From: Acholeplasma laidlawii PG-8A
GTDB taxonomy: Bacteria > Bacillota_I > Bacilli_A > Acholeplasmatales > Acholeplasmataceae
DNA length: 32,000 nucleotides
Direction: 5' to 3'
Assembly: GCF_000018785.1 (NCBI RefSeq)
Contig: NC_010163.1
Coordinates: 1,140,001-1,172,000 of the forward strand
Of this stretch, positions 1-8,382 are shown piece by piece. The notes under the pieces were generated by a model. It saw only the letters and a list, made by a program, of their open reading frames with translations. It was not told where the DNA came from and searched no databases. Every line of letters starts with the position of its first letter. Within the stretch, counting starts at the first letter, position 1. The position numbers were made by a program, and so were the translations under genes.

Positions 1-1537
1 ACTTACCTGCTTCATCAATTTCAAATAAGCGTGTAGCTGTTGTTGACACTAATTGATGATCTTGTGTAGTAAATAATAACACACCTTTAAATTCTTGTAA
101 GCCTTTATTTAGTGCTGTAATAGATTCCATATCTAAGTGGTTGGTTGGCTCATCAAGGATAAGTGTATTTTTTTCTTCAATCATAAGTCTAGACATTAAG
201 AGTCTTACACGTTCTCCACCACTTAGTACATTAATTTTCTTTAAAGCGTCTTCGCCACTAAATAGCATACGTCCCAAAAAGCCTCTTACATATGTATTTT
301 CTTTGTTTTTAGAATAATCTGTTAACCAGTCAACCATCACGGTTGGCTTTTTAAATTCAAAGTTGTTATCTTTTCTAAAGTAACCTTTAATAACAGTCTC
401 GCCCCATTTAAATGAACCAGCATCTGGTGTATCTACTTCATTTAAAATGTTGAATAAGACAGTTGCTGCTTTATCGTTTAAACCAATAAATGCAACCTTA
501 TCTGTTTTACCTAATGTAAATGTTACATTGTCTAAGACTTTTACACCATCAATTGTTTTAGATAAGTTTTCCACTTTTAAGATATCATCACCTAAAGATT
601 TTTCATACTTAAAGTTAATATATGGATATCTTCTTGTACTTGGTCTAATTTCTGTTAACTCAATTTTTTCTAATGCTTTCTTTCTTGATGTTGCTTGTTT
701 AGATTTAGAAGCATTCGCGCTAAAGCGAGAAATAAAGTCTTGTAATTCTTTAATTTTTTCTTCACTCTTTTTGTTTTGTTCTTTAGCTTGTCTTAACATT
801 AATTGACTAGACTCATACCAAAAATCATAGTTACCAGCATAAAGAGTTACTTGTTTATAGTCAATGTCTGCAATGTGTGTACACACTTTGTTTAAAAAGT
901 ATCTATCGTGAGATACAACAATGACTGTATTTTCAAAATCCATTAAAAAGTTTTCTAACCATAACACAGCTTTAGTATCTAAGTGGTTGGTTGGCTCATC
1001 TAGTAATAAAACATCTGGTTGATCAAATAAACTTTGAGCAAGTAATACTTTAACCTTATCATTGCTTGATAAGTCTTTCATAAGTTCATAATGCTTTTCA
1101 ACATCAATACCTAATCCAGTGAGTAAAATAGCTGCATCAGACTCGGCATTCCAACCGTTCATATCATCAAATAAACTTTCTAGTTCTCCAGCTTTAATAC
1201 CGTCTTCTTCACTAAAATCAGGTTTAGCATAGATTTCATTTTTTTCTATCATGATTTGGTATAACTTTTTATTACCCTGAATTACTGTATCAATGACAGT
1301 AAACTCATCATATTTAAATTGATCTTGTTCTAAAAAAGATAATCTCTGATTTTGGTCCATAGTAATGGTACCTCTTGTAGTAGGTAACTTACCAGCCAAT
1401 ATTTTTAGTAACGTAGATTTACCGGCACCATTAGCGCCAATAACACCATAACAATTACCTTTAGTGAATTTTAAATTGACATCTTCAAATAAGATATCTT
1501 TACCGATTTGATACGTAACATTTGACACATTTAACAT
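1..1537 (-). CDS. ABC-F family ATP-binding protein, YkpA/YbiT-like, 3' end truncated by window edge
   Basis: Hand translation of the minus strand from ATG at 1537: [49 protein letters not shown]... with first-domain [11 protein letters not shown] and second-domain [47 protein letters not shown]. Absent from the ORF track because it runs off the left edge. Confidence 0.93.
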   Translation of the reverse strand, partial: [512 protein letters not shown]

Positions 1538-1543
1538 AATAAA

Positions 1544-1594
1544 AAAACCTCCAACATGATAAACCTTACATATCATATCACAAGTGGAGGTTTT
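1544..1594 (-). terminator. Hairpin with T7 run directly upstream of the ABC-F start codon; terminator of lrgBA and/or leader attenuator of the ABC-F gene
   Basis: Perfect 10-bp arms AAAACCTCCA (1544-1553) and TGGAGGTTTT (1585-1594). On the minus strand, ...TTGGAGGTTTTTTTATTATG: the GGAGG arm is also the likely Shine-Dalgarno. Confidence 0.6.
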
Positions 1595-1616
1595 ATTCTA
1601 TTTATATGTTATATTT

Positions 1617-2306
1617 TTATACAATCCATGTTAATAATTGATAAATCAGTGGTGCAGCAATCACAGTTAAGAGCCCTGTAATGATTAATGATAGAGTTGC
1701 AACGGATGCATCAAGATCACCATATTCAATCGCTTTGGTTGTACCTACTGCATGAGAGGCAGCACCTAAGGATAAACCACGTGCAATTGGGGATGTAATT
1801 TTAAATAATTTAAAGATAGGTGGTGCAATTAGTATACCTAACACACCTGTTAACACAACAATAACAACCGTTAAGTTTTTAATACCGCCTAGGCTTTCAG
1901 ATACTGCCATAGCAATCGGTGTAGTTACTGACTTAGGAATCATCGTTGCAATCATTTCATCTGTCGTATGTAGGATAAATACAATACCTGCAATGGTTAA
2001 TGCGTGTACGATAACACCTACAATTAAAACACTAATAATGGTCTTCCAATGTTTCTTTAAAATCGGTAGTTTTTCATATAAAGGAAGTGCGAGTGAAACT
2101 GTTGCAGGTCCTATGAAAAACGAAATCATTTTAGTACCTTCTTGATACGTGTCATAGTTAATATTTGTTACACATAAAAAGATAACTATAAATGTAGAGG
2201 TGAGTAATAAAGGGTTTAGTAAAGAGATTTTAAATCTATCTTGTAGATAATAAAATCCTACATAAACACCAATAGTTAAACCTACGGTCCAAAGTATATC
2301 ATTCAT
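1617..2306 (-). CDS. lrgB: LrgB/CidB family membrane protein
   Basis: 229 aa, multiple hydrophobic helices, family-like segments (TTPIAMAVSESLGG, GTTKAIEYGDLDA). Overlaps the start of lrgB with the end of an lrgA-like gene. Confidence 0.85.
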   Translation of the reverse strand: MNDILWTVGLTIGVYVGFYYLQDRFKISLLNPLLLTSTFIVIFLCVTNINYDTYQEGTKMISFFIGPATVSLALPLYEKLPILKKHWKTIISVLIVGVIVHALTIAGIVFILHTTDEMIATMIPKSVTTPIAMAVSESLGGIKNLTVVIVVLTGVLGILIAPPIFKLFKITSPIARGLSLGAASHAVGTTKAIEYGDLDASVATLSLIITGLLTVIAAPLIYQLLTWIV

Positions 2307-2643
2307 GTTTGATACCTCTTTGTGCTAGTAGTGAGGTGACAATTAAAGTAATGGTTGTAGAAATAATTAATACTAAAACTAGTTCTACCCAATGAAGACT
2401 AATTAAATCAAAGTATTCCATTAAGCCAACCGCAAGTGGAACAAATAGAAACGCCATATATTTTTGAAGAAAACACGCTACTTCTTTAATGTGATCCACC
2501 TTTATAAGTTTCAATAAAAGTGCTAAAAAAAGTAAGATTAATCCAATTAAACTACCTGGAAAACTAAATGGTAGATAATAGGAAATAAGTTCTCCTAGTA
2601 ACGTAAATACAATTAAAATAAATAGCTGAAATAAAATCTTCAT
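2299..2643 (-). CDS. lrgA: LrgA/CidA family holin-like membrane protein
   Basis: 114 aa with about 4 hydrophobic helices, LLGELISYYLPFSFPGSLIGLILLFLAL and FVPLAVGLMEYFDLI typical of LrgA. Overlaps lrgB by 8 nt. Ends in TGA. Confidence 0.83.
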   Translation of the reverse strand: MKILFQLFILIVFTLLGELISYYLPFSFPGSLIGLILLFLALLLKLIKVDHIKEVACFLQKYMAFLFVPLAVGLMEYFDLISLHWVELVLVLIISTTITLIVTSLLAQRGIKHE

Positions 2644-2799
2644 GTATGGTCCTTATAAGTTATTTTTTTGATGCGTCACTATTATACGATATTTCAAAGT
2701 TGGTTGCATCAAATCCTATAATGAAAATCAAATTATGTAAATTTGTTTCACTTTTCTTACATTTTGATACATTTCATGTATATGTATACCTAATAAAAA

Positions 2800-2824
2800 G
2801 GACGAACATGATGTATATTCGTCC
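2800..2824 (-). terminator. Rho-independent terminator downstream of ribD
   Basis: Arms GGACGAA (2800-2806) and TTCGTCC (2818-2824), followed on the minus strand by TTTTTATT. Confidence 0.75.
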
Positions 2825-2832
2825 AAAGATGT

Positions 2833-3906
2833 TTATTTAAAATAACCTTCAATTAAGATGTCCTCATCAAATTGTGTATAAGTAACATCTTTTAATACAT
2901 GGGCATCTTTCATTAAAGATACACCTTCCCCACCTATTGGAGTAAGTGCATTTTTTCCACCTATGATTTTAGGTGCTATAAATGCATAAACTTTATTCAC
3001 TAAATTAGCTTCTAAGAAACTCGCATGCGTATATGCACCACCCTCAATGAAGATACTATCTATTTTTGCTTCACCTAGAATCGTCATAAGCTTATCTAAA
3101 TCAATGGTTGGCATTTGAATGATTTTAACACCCAAATCCACATAGCTTTGATCATATGTTTCAGAGACTATCCAAGTTGGTTGGGTTTTAGCTGTTTTTA
3201 CAACATAAGTACTCTTTGGTGTTTGTAGTTTTGGGTCTAAGATTATTCTTACTGGGTTTTTAGATTTCTTACTTCTTCTAACATCGAGTTTTGCATCATC
3301 TTTAATGATTGTGTTCACACCAACAAGTATTGCACTATATTTATTTCTTAAATCATGAACATATTTTCTTGATTTTTTATTAGTTATCCATTTAGAATCA
3401 AAATCTTTAGTTGCTAATTTACCATCTAAAGTCATGGCATACTTCATGGCTACAAATGGTCTTTTAGTTGTAATATAGTGAAAGAATATATCGTTTACTT
3501 TTAAACCTAGGTCATCTAAGATACCATAATGTACTTTGATGCCGGCATCTTCTAGCACTTTAACGCCTTGTTTATAGACTAGTGGGTTTGGATCTAAGTT
3601 TGCAATATAAACTTCTTTAATACCTTTTTCTATCAGTTTAAATGCACACGGTGGTTGTTTACCATGGTGACTACATGGTTCTAGTGTTACAAACATCGTT
3701 GCACCAGCTACATCTTCTGTTGCATGATTAATTGCATCCACTTCAGCGTGTACTTGACCAAATGCCTTATGATACCCTTTACCAATGACCTTACCATCTT
3801 TAATGATAACCGCACCAACAAGTGGGTTTGGATTCACAAATCCTTCGCCTTTTATTGCTAAATTAAACGCTTGTTTCATGTATTTCGTCTGTAATTTTAA
3901 GTCCAT
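2833..3906 (-). CDS. ribD: Bifunctional diaminohydroxyphosphoribosylaminopyrimidine deaminase / 5-amino-6-(5-phosphoribosylamino)uracil reductase
   Basis: 357 aa. Deaminase Zn motif HAEVDA...PCSHHGKQPPC; C-terminal reductase with RPFVAMKYAMTLDGKLAT and FIEGGAYTHASFL. Confidence 0.93.
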   Translation of the reverse strand: MDLKLQTKYMKQAFNLAIKGEGFVNPNPLVGAVIIKDGKVIGKGYHKAFGQVHAEVDAINHATEDVAGATMFVTLEPCSHHGKQPPCAFKLIEKGIKEVYIANLDPNPLVYKQGVKVLEDAGIKVHYGILDDLGLKVNDIFFHYITTKRPFVAMKYAMTLDGKLATKDFDSKWITNKKSRKYVHDLRNKYSAILVGVNTIIKDDAKLDVRRSKKSKNPVRIILDPKLQTPKSTYVVKTAKTQPTWIVSETYDQSYVDLGVKIIQMPTIDLDKLMTILGEAKIDSIFIEGGAYTHASFLEANLVNKVYAFIAPKIIGGKNALTPIGGEGVSLMKDAHVLKDVTYTQFDEDILIEGYFK

Positions 3907-4015
3907 ATATTTTACCTTCTTTACTCTATTTATAAGAGAAATCTATATGTTCTATTTTACCTTTATAGCGCTTATAAGTATAGTTATTTACTTTAATGAA
4001 CTCATGTGTGTGACT

Positions 4016-4984
4016 TTACTGTATGAGTTTAAGTAATGCTTCAACAAATGTTTTAGCATCTCCTATATAGCTATAGTCAGCTACATCAAAAATGGGTGCT
4101 TTAGGGTTGTTATTTATAGCAACAATATAATGAGACTTTGTAATACCTGATGTAAACTGAACTGCGCCATGTACACCGAGTGTGATTAATAGTTTAGGTG
4201 CAATCGAACTACCTGATTGACCGATTTGATCATCAACACTAAAAGGTGGTAGATCCGTAAGTGGTCTCGTTACACCTATTTTGGCACCTAATTTTGTAGC
4301 AAGTAGATTAGCTTTTAAAATATGTTCTTCGCCTGATATCCCACGACCTAATGCAATGACTCTATCTGCATTTGCAATACTATCTGATTTTGAAAGTAAT
4401 GGTATTTCTTCATATACTGTAATACGTTTGCTTTCTTTAAAGTTTAAATCATCAACTATGGTGATTTTTGTATCATTACTTTGTGTTTCGGTAGCTATGA
4501 AGACGTTAGGTCTAACTGTTGCCATTTGTGGAAAGTTGTTTGGGCAAACAATTTCACACATAATATTATCACCATAAGATGGTTTTATTTGTATGAGTAA
4601 ATCATCTTCAAACTTAAGATCAAGGCAATCAGCAGTTAGACCAGTTAATAGTTTTGCTTGTAATCTTGCACTAATTGAACGACCGATTACTGTTGCTCCA
4701 AATAACATACTATTGGGTTGATATTTGTGATTTAGTTGAGATAATAAGTCTGCAATTAATGAATCTGGTGCTTCCTTTAATCTATCATCACAAACAGTGA
4801 TGATTTCATCTGGTCCATAATTTATGAGTTGTTGTTCTAATGTTTGTTCTTTTGTTTGAAATAGTACAACAATCACTTTTTTATTTTCTTTAATTTGATT
4901 TGCTTTTGTAATTAGTTGTTTGGTCACTGGCTGAATAATATCTTGATGATGTTCAGCAACTATCCATATATTTTTATGTATCAT
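4016..4984 (-). CDS. etfA: Electron transfer flavoprotein alpha subunit
   Basis: Family C-terminal FAD-binding region (GRGISGEE, GATRPLTD-like GVTRPLTDLPP, DDQIGQSG, ISGITKS-like TSGITKSHYIVAINNNPKAPIFDVADY). The track start at 4993 is a GTG lying against the Shine-Dalgarno; ATG at 4984 has better SD spacing. Confidence 0.92.
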   Translation of the reverse strand: MIHKNIWIVAEHHQDIIQPVTKQLITKANQIKENKKVIVVLFQTKEQTLEQQLINYGPDEIITVCDDRLKEAPDSLIADLLSQLNHKYQPNSMLFGATVIGRSISARLQAKLLTGLTADCLDLKFEDDLLIQIKPSYGDNIMCEIVCPNNFPQMATVRPNVFIATETQSNDTKITIVDDLNFKESKRITVYEEIPLLSKSDSIANADRVIALGRGISGEEHILKANLLATKLGAKIGVTRPLTDLPPFSVDDQIGQSGSSIAPKLLITLGVHGAVQFTSGITKSHYIVAINNNPKAPIFDVADYSYIGDAKTFVEALLKLIQ

Positions 4985-4998
4985 GCAATCCACCTTCC

Positions 4999-5793
4999 TT
5001 ATATGATGTTACGTGCACGTAATACTTGTAGTAATTTACGTGCAGCACTATCTGGGTTTTCACCAAGTAATTCTGTTTTTTTAGCAACCTTTGTTGGATT
5101 CCAAACTTTACGTACAACCGTTGGAGAACCTTTAATCCCAATTCTATTAAAGTCAAGTTCAAAGGCATGCTCATCCCAAACCTTTATTTCCTTTTGATAA
5201 CTTAACATAATATTTCTAGGACTTGGGTATCTTGGTTCATTTAATTCACTTCGAACGCTAAACACTGCAGGTAGTTCAACTTTAATGGATTGTTGCATAT
5301 GTTCCATTAACCTAACCGCTTCAATAGATTGTTCATCTACTGGATTTATTTGACTGATATAAGTAACTTGTGGCCAATCTAATAATTCTGCAACAATTGG
5401 TCCTACTTGACCCGTATCAGCATCAATAGATTGTCTACCAAAAAAGACTAAGTTTACGTCTTTAATCGCCTTAATTGCTTGGCTTAAGACATAACCGGTC
5501 GCAAGTGTATCTGCTCCACCAAAGCTACGTGAACTGAGTAATATCGCATCATCAGCACCCATCGCTAGTCCTTGACGTAAAGTAATTTCAAAGTTTTTAG
5601 GTCCCATTGACAGTAAAGTAACTTTTGCATCATATCTATTTTTAAGTTTGAGTGCTGCTTCAACTGCATTTTGATCAAAAGGATTCATAATCCCTGGTTC
5701 TGATGAACGCATCATATTTTTAGTGACTGGATCTATTTTTAAGTTATTGGAAACTGGTACTTGTTTCACACATACAACAATATGTAGACTCAT
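4999..5793 (-). CDS. etfB: Electron transfer flavoprotein beta subunit
   Basis: MSLHIVVCVKQVPVSNNLKID..., FFGRQSIDADTGQVGPIVAELL, YPSPRNIM. The first 14 codons of the track ORF overlap the upstream gene; ATG at 5793 is the likely start. Confidence 0.92.
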   Translation of the reverse strand: MSLHIVVCVKQVPVSNNLKIDPVTKNMMRSSEPGIMNPFDQNAVEAALKLKNRYDAKVTLLSMGPKNFEITLRQGLAMGADDAILLSSRSFGGADTLATGYVLSQAIKAIKDVNLVFFGRQSIDADTGQVGPIVAELLDWPQVTYISQINPVDEQSIEAVRLMEHMQQSIKVELPAVFSVRSELNEPRYPSPRNIMLSYQKEIKVWDEHAFELDFNRIGIKGSPTVVRKVWNPTKVAKKTELLGENPDSAARKLLQVLRARNII

Positions 5794-5797
5794 TTTT

Positions 5798-6925
5798 TTA
5801 CACCCTTTCCATTTGGACTGATTTTGCGATTTCAATGACCATTTTTTCTAGTGATCCTTCTGCAATCTGTAATGCCCTAGCATCTCTTAGTAGATGTTCT
5901 ACTGGATATTCATTACTATAACCATAGCCACCTAATACTTGAAGTGCATGATCACATGATGTAAATGCTGCACGACTACCATAAGATTTAGCCATTGTAG
6001 AAACCTTATCATAAGGTTTTCCCTGACTTTTAAGTTTAGCAGCCTCTTCATAAAGTAATTGCGTGTTTTCTTTAGCAATAGCAATCTCAGTGATTTTATT
6101 TTGAATAGAAAACAAATCGATGATTGGTTTATCAATCGCCTTTCTTTCGGTAGCATAATCCAGTACGATATCCAATGCATGCTGACAAATCCCCGCTGCA
6201 ATAGCACCCATATTGATTCTTGCATCATAATGTGCACTATCACCAATCATGACACCTTCACCAATTTTACCGAGCATATACTCATCTGTTACTTTAACGT
6301 TTTCTAAAAATATTTCACCTACAGGGGTTCCCCTCATGCCAAAGAAATCTTCTTGTTTTCCATACTTAAAACCTGGCATATCCTTATCAACTAAAAAACA
6401 TGTCAGTTCATTTTCTGCAGTTTTAAGTAATACTAAATACACTTCAGCAAGTCCACCATTTGTAATCATTGTCTTATTACCATTTAATATCCAATAATCA
6501 CCTTCTTTGACCGCACTTGCAGTATGTCCCATCACATTGGAACCACCTTGAGGTTCGGTAGAACCAAAACCAAAAATACGTTTATTGGCTTCGGGAAGAT
6601 ATTTTTCTTTTAAAGACGCTTTACCATATTTTTTAAGTTGATCCACTGTCTTATAGTGACCTTCTAAAGTGAAAGCAACACTAGCACTGTTTGATGCAAC
6701 ATCAAATATAGTTTGAGCTTCTGCTACCGGATCAAAATCTGCACCTCCAAACTCCTTAGGTACAATCAAACCTAAAAATCCTGTTTCAACAATTTTATCC
6801 CAAAGTGTTTTAGGATATCCTTTTTGTTTATCAATTACCATATCCAAGGGTTTAATCTCTTTTCTAGAAAAATCAACAACCATTTGGTGCAACATCTGTT
6901 GATGTTCTTTTAACACTACACTCAT
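5798..6925 (-). CDS. Acyl-CoA dehydrogenase (short-chain/butyryl-CoA or acryloyl-CoA reductase-like)
   Basis: 375 aa. Signatures FGSTEPQGGSN, NGNKTMITNGG, FGMRGTPVGEIF, QVLGGYGYSNEYPVEHLLRDARALQIAEGS. Preceded by AAAGGAG Shine-Dalgarno. Confidence 0.93.
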   Translation of the reverse strand: MSVVLKEHQQMLHQMVVDFSRKEIKPLDMVIDKQKGYPKTLWDKIVETGFLGLIVPKEFGGADFDPVAEAQTIFDVASNSASVAFTLEGHYKTVDQLKKYGKASLKEKYLPEANKRIFGFGSTEPQGGSNVMGHTASAVKEGDYWILNGNKTMITNGGLAEVYLVLLKTAENELTCFLVDKDMPGFKYGKQEDFFGMRGTPVGEIFLENVKVTDEYMLGKIGEGVMIGDSAHYDARINMGAIAAGICQHALDIVLDYATERKAIDKPIIDLFSIQNKITEIAIAKENTQLLYEEAAKLKSQGKPYDKVSTMAKSYGSRAAFTSCDHALQVLGGYGYSNEYPVEHLLRDARALQIAEGSLEKMVIEIAKSVQMERV

Positions 6926-6971
6926 ATTTTTGCTCCTTTGATTTATTTATACATAGTTTATGACTATCACC

Positions 6972-6977
6972 ATTATA
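6972..6977 (-). promoter_or_regulatory. Putative -10 element (TATAAT) of the acyl-CoA dehydrogenase/etf operon
   Basis: Minus strand CTTTATAATGG. No good -35 at 16-18 nt, consistent with an activator-dependent promoter. Implied +1 near 6965. Confidence 0.5.
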
Positions 6978-6997
6978 AAGAAATCAAAGTTATAAAT

Positions 6998-7015
6998 AAT
7001 TGATAGTTGTCAATT
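6998..7015. promoter_or_regulatory. FNR-type palindromic operator in the divergent intergenic region
   Basis: AATTGATAGTTGTCAATT. Core TTGAT-AGTT-GTCAA (7000-7013) differs from TTGAT-N4-ATCAA at one base. Confidence 0.65.
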
Positions 7016-7027
7016 TATTGATATAAT
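7000..7027 (+). promoter_or_regulatory. Putative promoter of the Crp/Fnr regulator gene
   Basis: -35 TTGATA (7000-7005), 16-nt spacer, -10 TATAAT (7022-7027). The -35 lies inside the palindrome. Confidence 0.6.
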
Positions 7028-7051
7028 GTAATAAAGAAAGTTGGTAAATAT

Positions 7052-7747
7052 ATGGAAGAGAAAAAATTACATCCACACAACTGCATTGATAGACTTGAAC
7101 TATTCAACACACTTACAAGTGAACAACGTCAACTAGTGTTTAAATTGATTGAACACCGACATTATAGTGCCGGACAAATGATTTATAGTCCAGGTGAAAG
7201 TGCTGGTTCTATCCATATTATTAGTAGAGGAAAGGTTCGAATCTATCGACTCTCTGAAAGCGGTCGTGAACAACTTATAAGACTTTTACTCCCAGGTGAA
7301 TTTACTGGAGAGCTTGCACTATTTAAAGAAGGCATCTATGAAGCTTATGCTGAAAGTCTAGAAGATACAAAGATATGTATGATCCACCATGACGACTTTA
7401 AAAACTTACTTAAATCCTACCCTGCCATATCAGTTAAGATGTTATCTGTTTTAGCAAAGCGCTTAAGTATCTCTGAACAACAATCAACCTGGATGTCTAC
7501 AGAAACATCCAAAGAAAGACTAATTAACTTTCTTATCCGAAGTGCAACACTCAATAAGCAAGGTGAGATGGTAGTCTATCTACCTATGCCTAAAAAAGAT
7601 CTTGCATCTTATTTAGGCACAACTCCCGAAACCTTATCGCGCCAATTTACAATATTAAAAAAAGACGGTGTCATTACACAGTCATCTAAAAATTATGTAA
7701 AGATTCATGGTTTAAGCCATAATGATATTACATGTGAGATTTGTTAA
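7052..7747 (+). CDS. Crp/Fnr family transcriptional regulator
   Basis: 231 aa. Cyclic-nucleotide-binding-like fold (SPGESAGSIHIISRGKVRIYRLSESGREQLIRLLLPGEFTGELALF) and HTH (KKDLASYLGTTPETLSRQFTILKKDGVI) with the FNR E-x-x-S-R recognition signature. Confidence 0.92.
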   Translation: MEEKKLHPHNCIDRLELFNTLTSEQRQLVFKLIEHRHYSAGQMIYSPGESAGSIHIISRGKVRIYRLSESGREQLIRLLLPGEFTGELALFKEGIYEAYAESLEDTKICMIHHDDFKNLLKSYPAISVKMLSVLAKRLSISEQQSTWMSTETSKERLINFLIRSATLNKQGEMVVYLPMPKKDLASYLGTTPETLSRQFTILKKDGVITQSSKNYVKIHGLSHNDITCEIC

Positions 7748-7757
7748 GCACATATAA

Positions 7758-7782
7758 AAAACGCACTTTATGAGTGCGTTTT
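7758..7782. terminator. Bidirectional terminator between convergent genes
   Basis: AAAACGCACT (7758-7767), TTATG loop, AGTGCGTTTT (7773-7782), flanked by A- and T-rich runs. Confidence 0.8.
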
Positions 7783-7791
7783 ATTTATAAG

Positions 7792-8223
7792 TTACCTATT
7801 CATCATATATTTTTCTAATCTGTTTTTTGAATCTTCACTTAATGCTTCCGATTTTTTAGTATCATTATTTACTTGAACCAAAACAGATTCACTCGTCGAT
7901 ACTAATTTACCATCTTGATATAGTGATTGTAAAAAGGTTACAGAACTATTACCAATTTTTGTAATACCTGTACCTATTTCTAGTTTACCTGGCCAATGTA
8001 TTTCAGCAATGAAATTCATTTCGATATGTGCAATCACAAATGAGCAGTTTTCATTTAGTATGTGATGTTTAGGCTCGTAAACGATTTCAACACGACCAGT
8101 TTCATAAAAGGTGGTAAACACTGCATTGTTGACATGGCCTTGTTTATCGGTATCACCATATCTTAATTTATCGTGAGTGATATATGGAAATTCGTTTAAG
8201 TTTAGTTTTGGAATACTTCTCAT
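7792..8223 (-). CDS. Acyl-CoA thioesterase, 4HBT hot-dog family
   Basis: 143 aa. LRYGDTDKQGHVNNAVFTTFYETGR is the YbgC/4HBT-type active-site segment. Confidence 0.82.
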   Translation of the reverse strand: MRSIPKLNLNEFPYITHDKLRYGDTDKQGHVNNAVFTTFYETGRVEIVYEPKHHILNENCSFVIAHIEMNFIAEIHWPGKLEIGTGITKIGNSSVTFLQSLYQDGKLVSTSESVLVQVNNDTKKSEALSEDSKNRLEKYMMNR

Positions 8224-8342
8224 GTTTATCTCTTTTCTATTGATTCACTATTTTTACTAGTATAAGGATATCATTTACATGAAATCATTTCAACTAATCG
8301 AAACTGACCTTAGTAAAATAAGATAAATTATGTTACATTTAA

Positions 8343-8372
8343 AAAGGGAAGTTATGATGATAACTTCCCTTT
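8343..8372 (-). terminator. Rho-independent terminator for the 8383-8970 gene
   Basis: Perfect 13-bp stem AAAGGGAAGTTAT / ATAACTTCCCTTT with 4-nt loop, followed by TT on the minus strand. Confidence 0.75.
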
Positions 8373-8382
8373 AGACTTTAAT

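Noticed and set aside
447-806. Plus-strand 119-aa ORF in the track
   Set aside because: Lies antisense to the truncated ABC-F gene, with no family motif; typical low-GC antisense open frame.
2767-2781. ATACAT-TTC-ATGTAT short inverted repeat upstream of lrgA
   Set aside because: Only 6-bp arms in very AT-rich sequence; expected by chance and no matching second site found.
2646-2840. Plus-strand 64-aa ORF
   Set aside because: Covers the lrgA upstream region and the ribD terminator; no convincing SD or family resemblance.
3785-6497. Antisense or alternate-frame ORFs 3785-4036, 4281-4577, 4916-5197, 4974-5174, 5932-6246, 6059-6307 and 6249-6497
   Set aside because: All overlap strongly supported ribD, etfA, etfB and acyl-CoA dehydrogenase coding frames.
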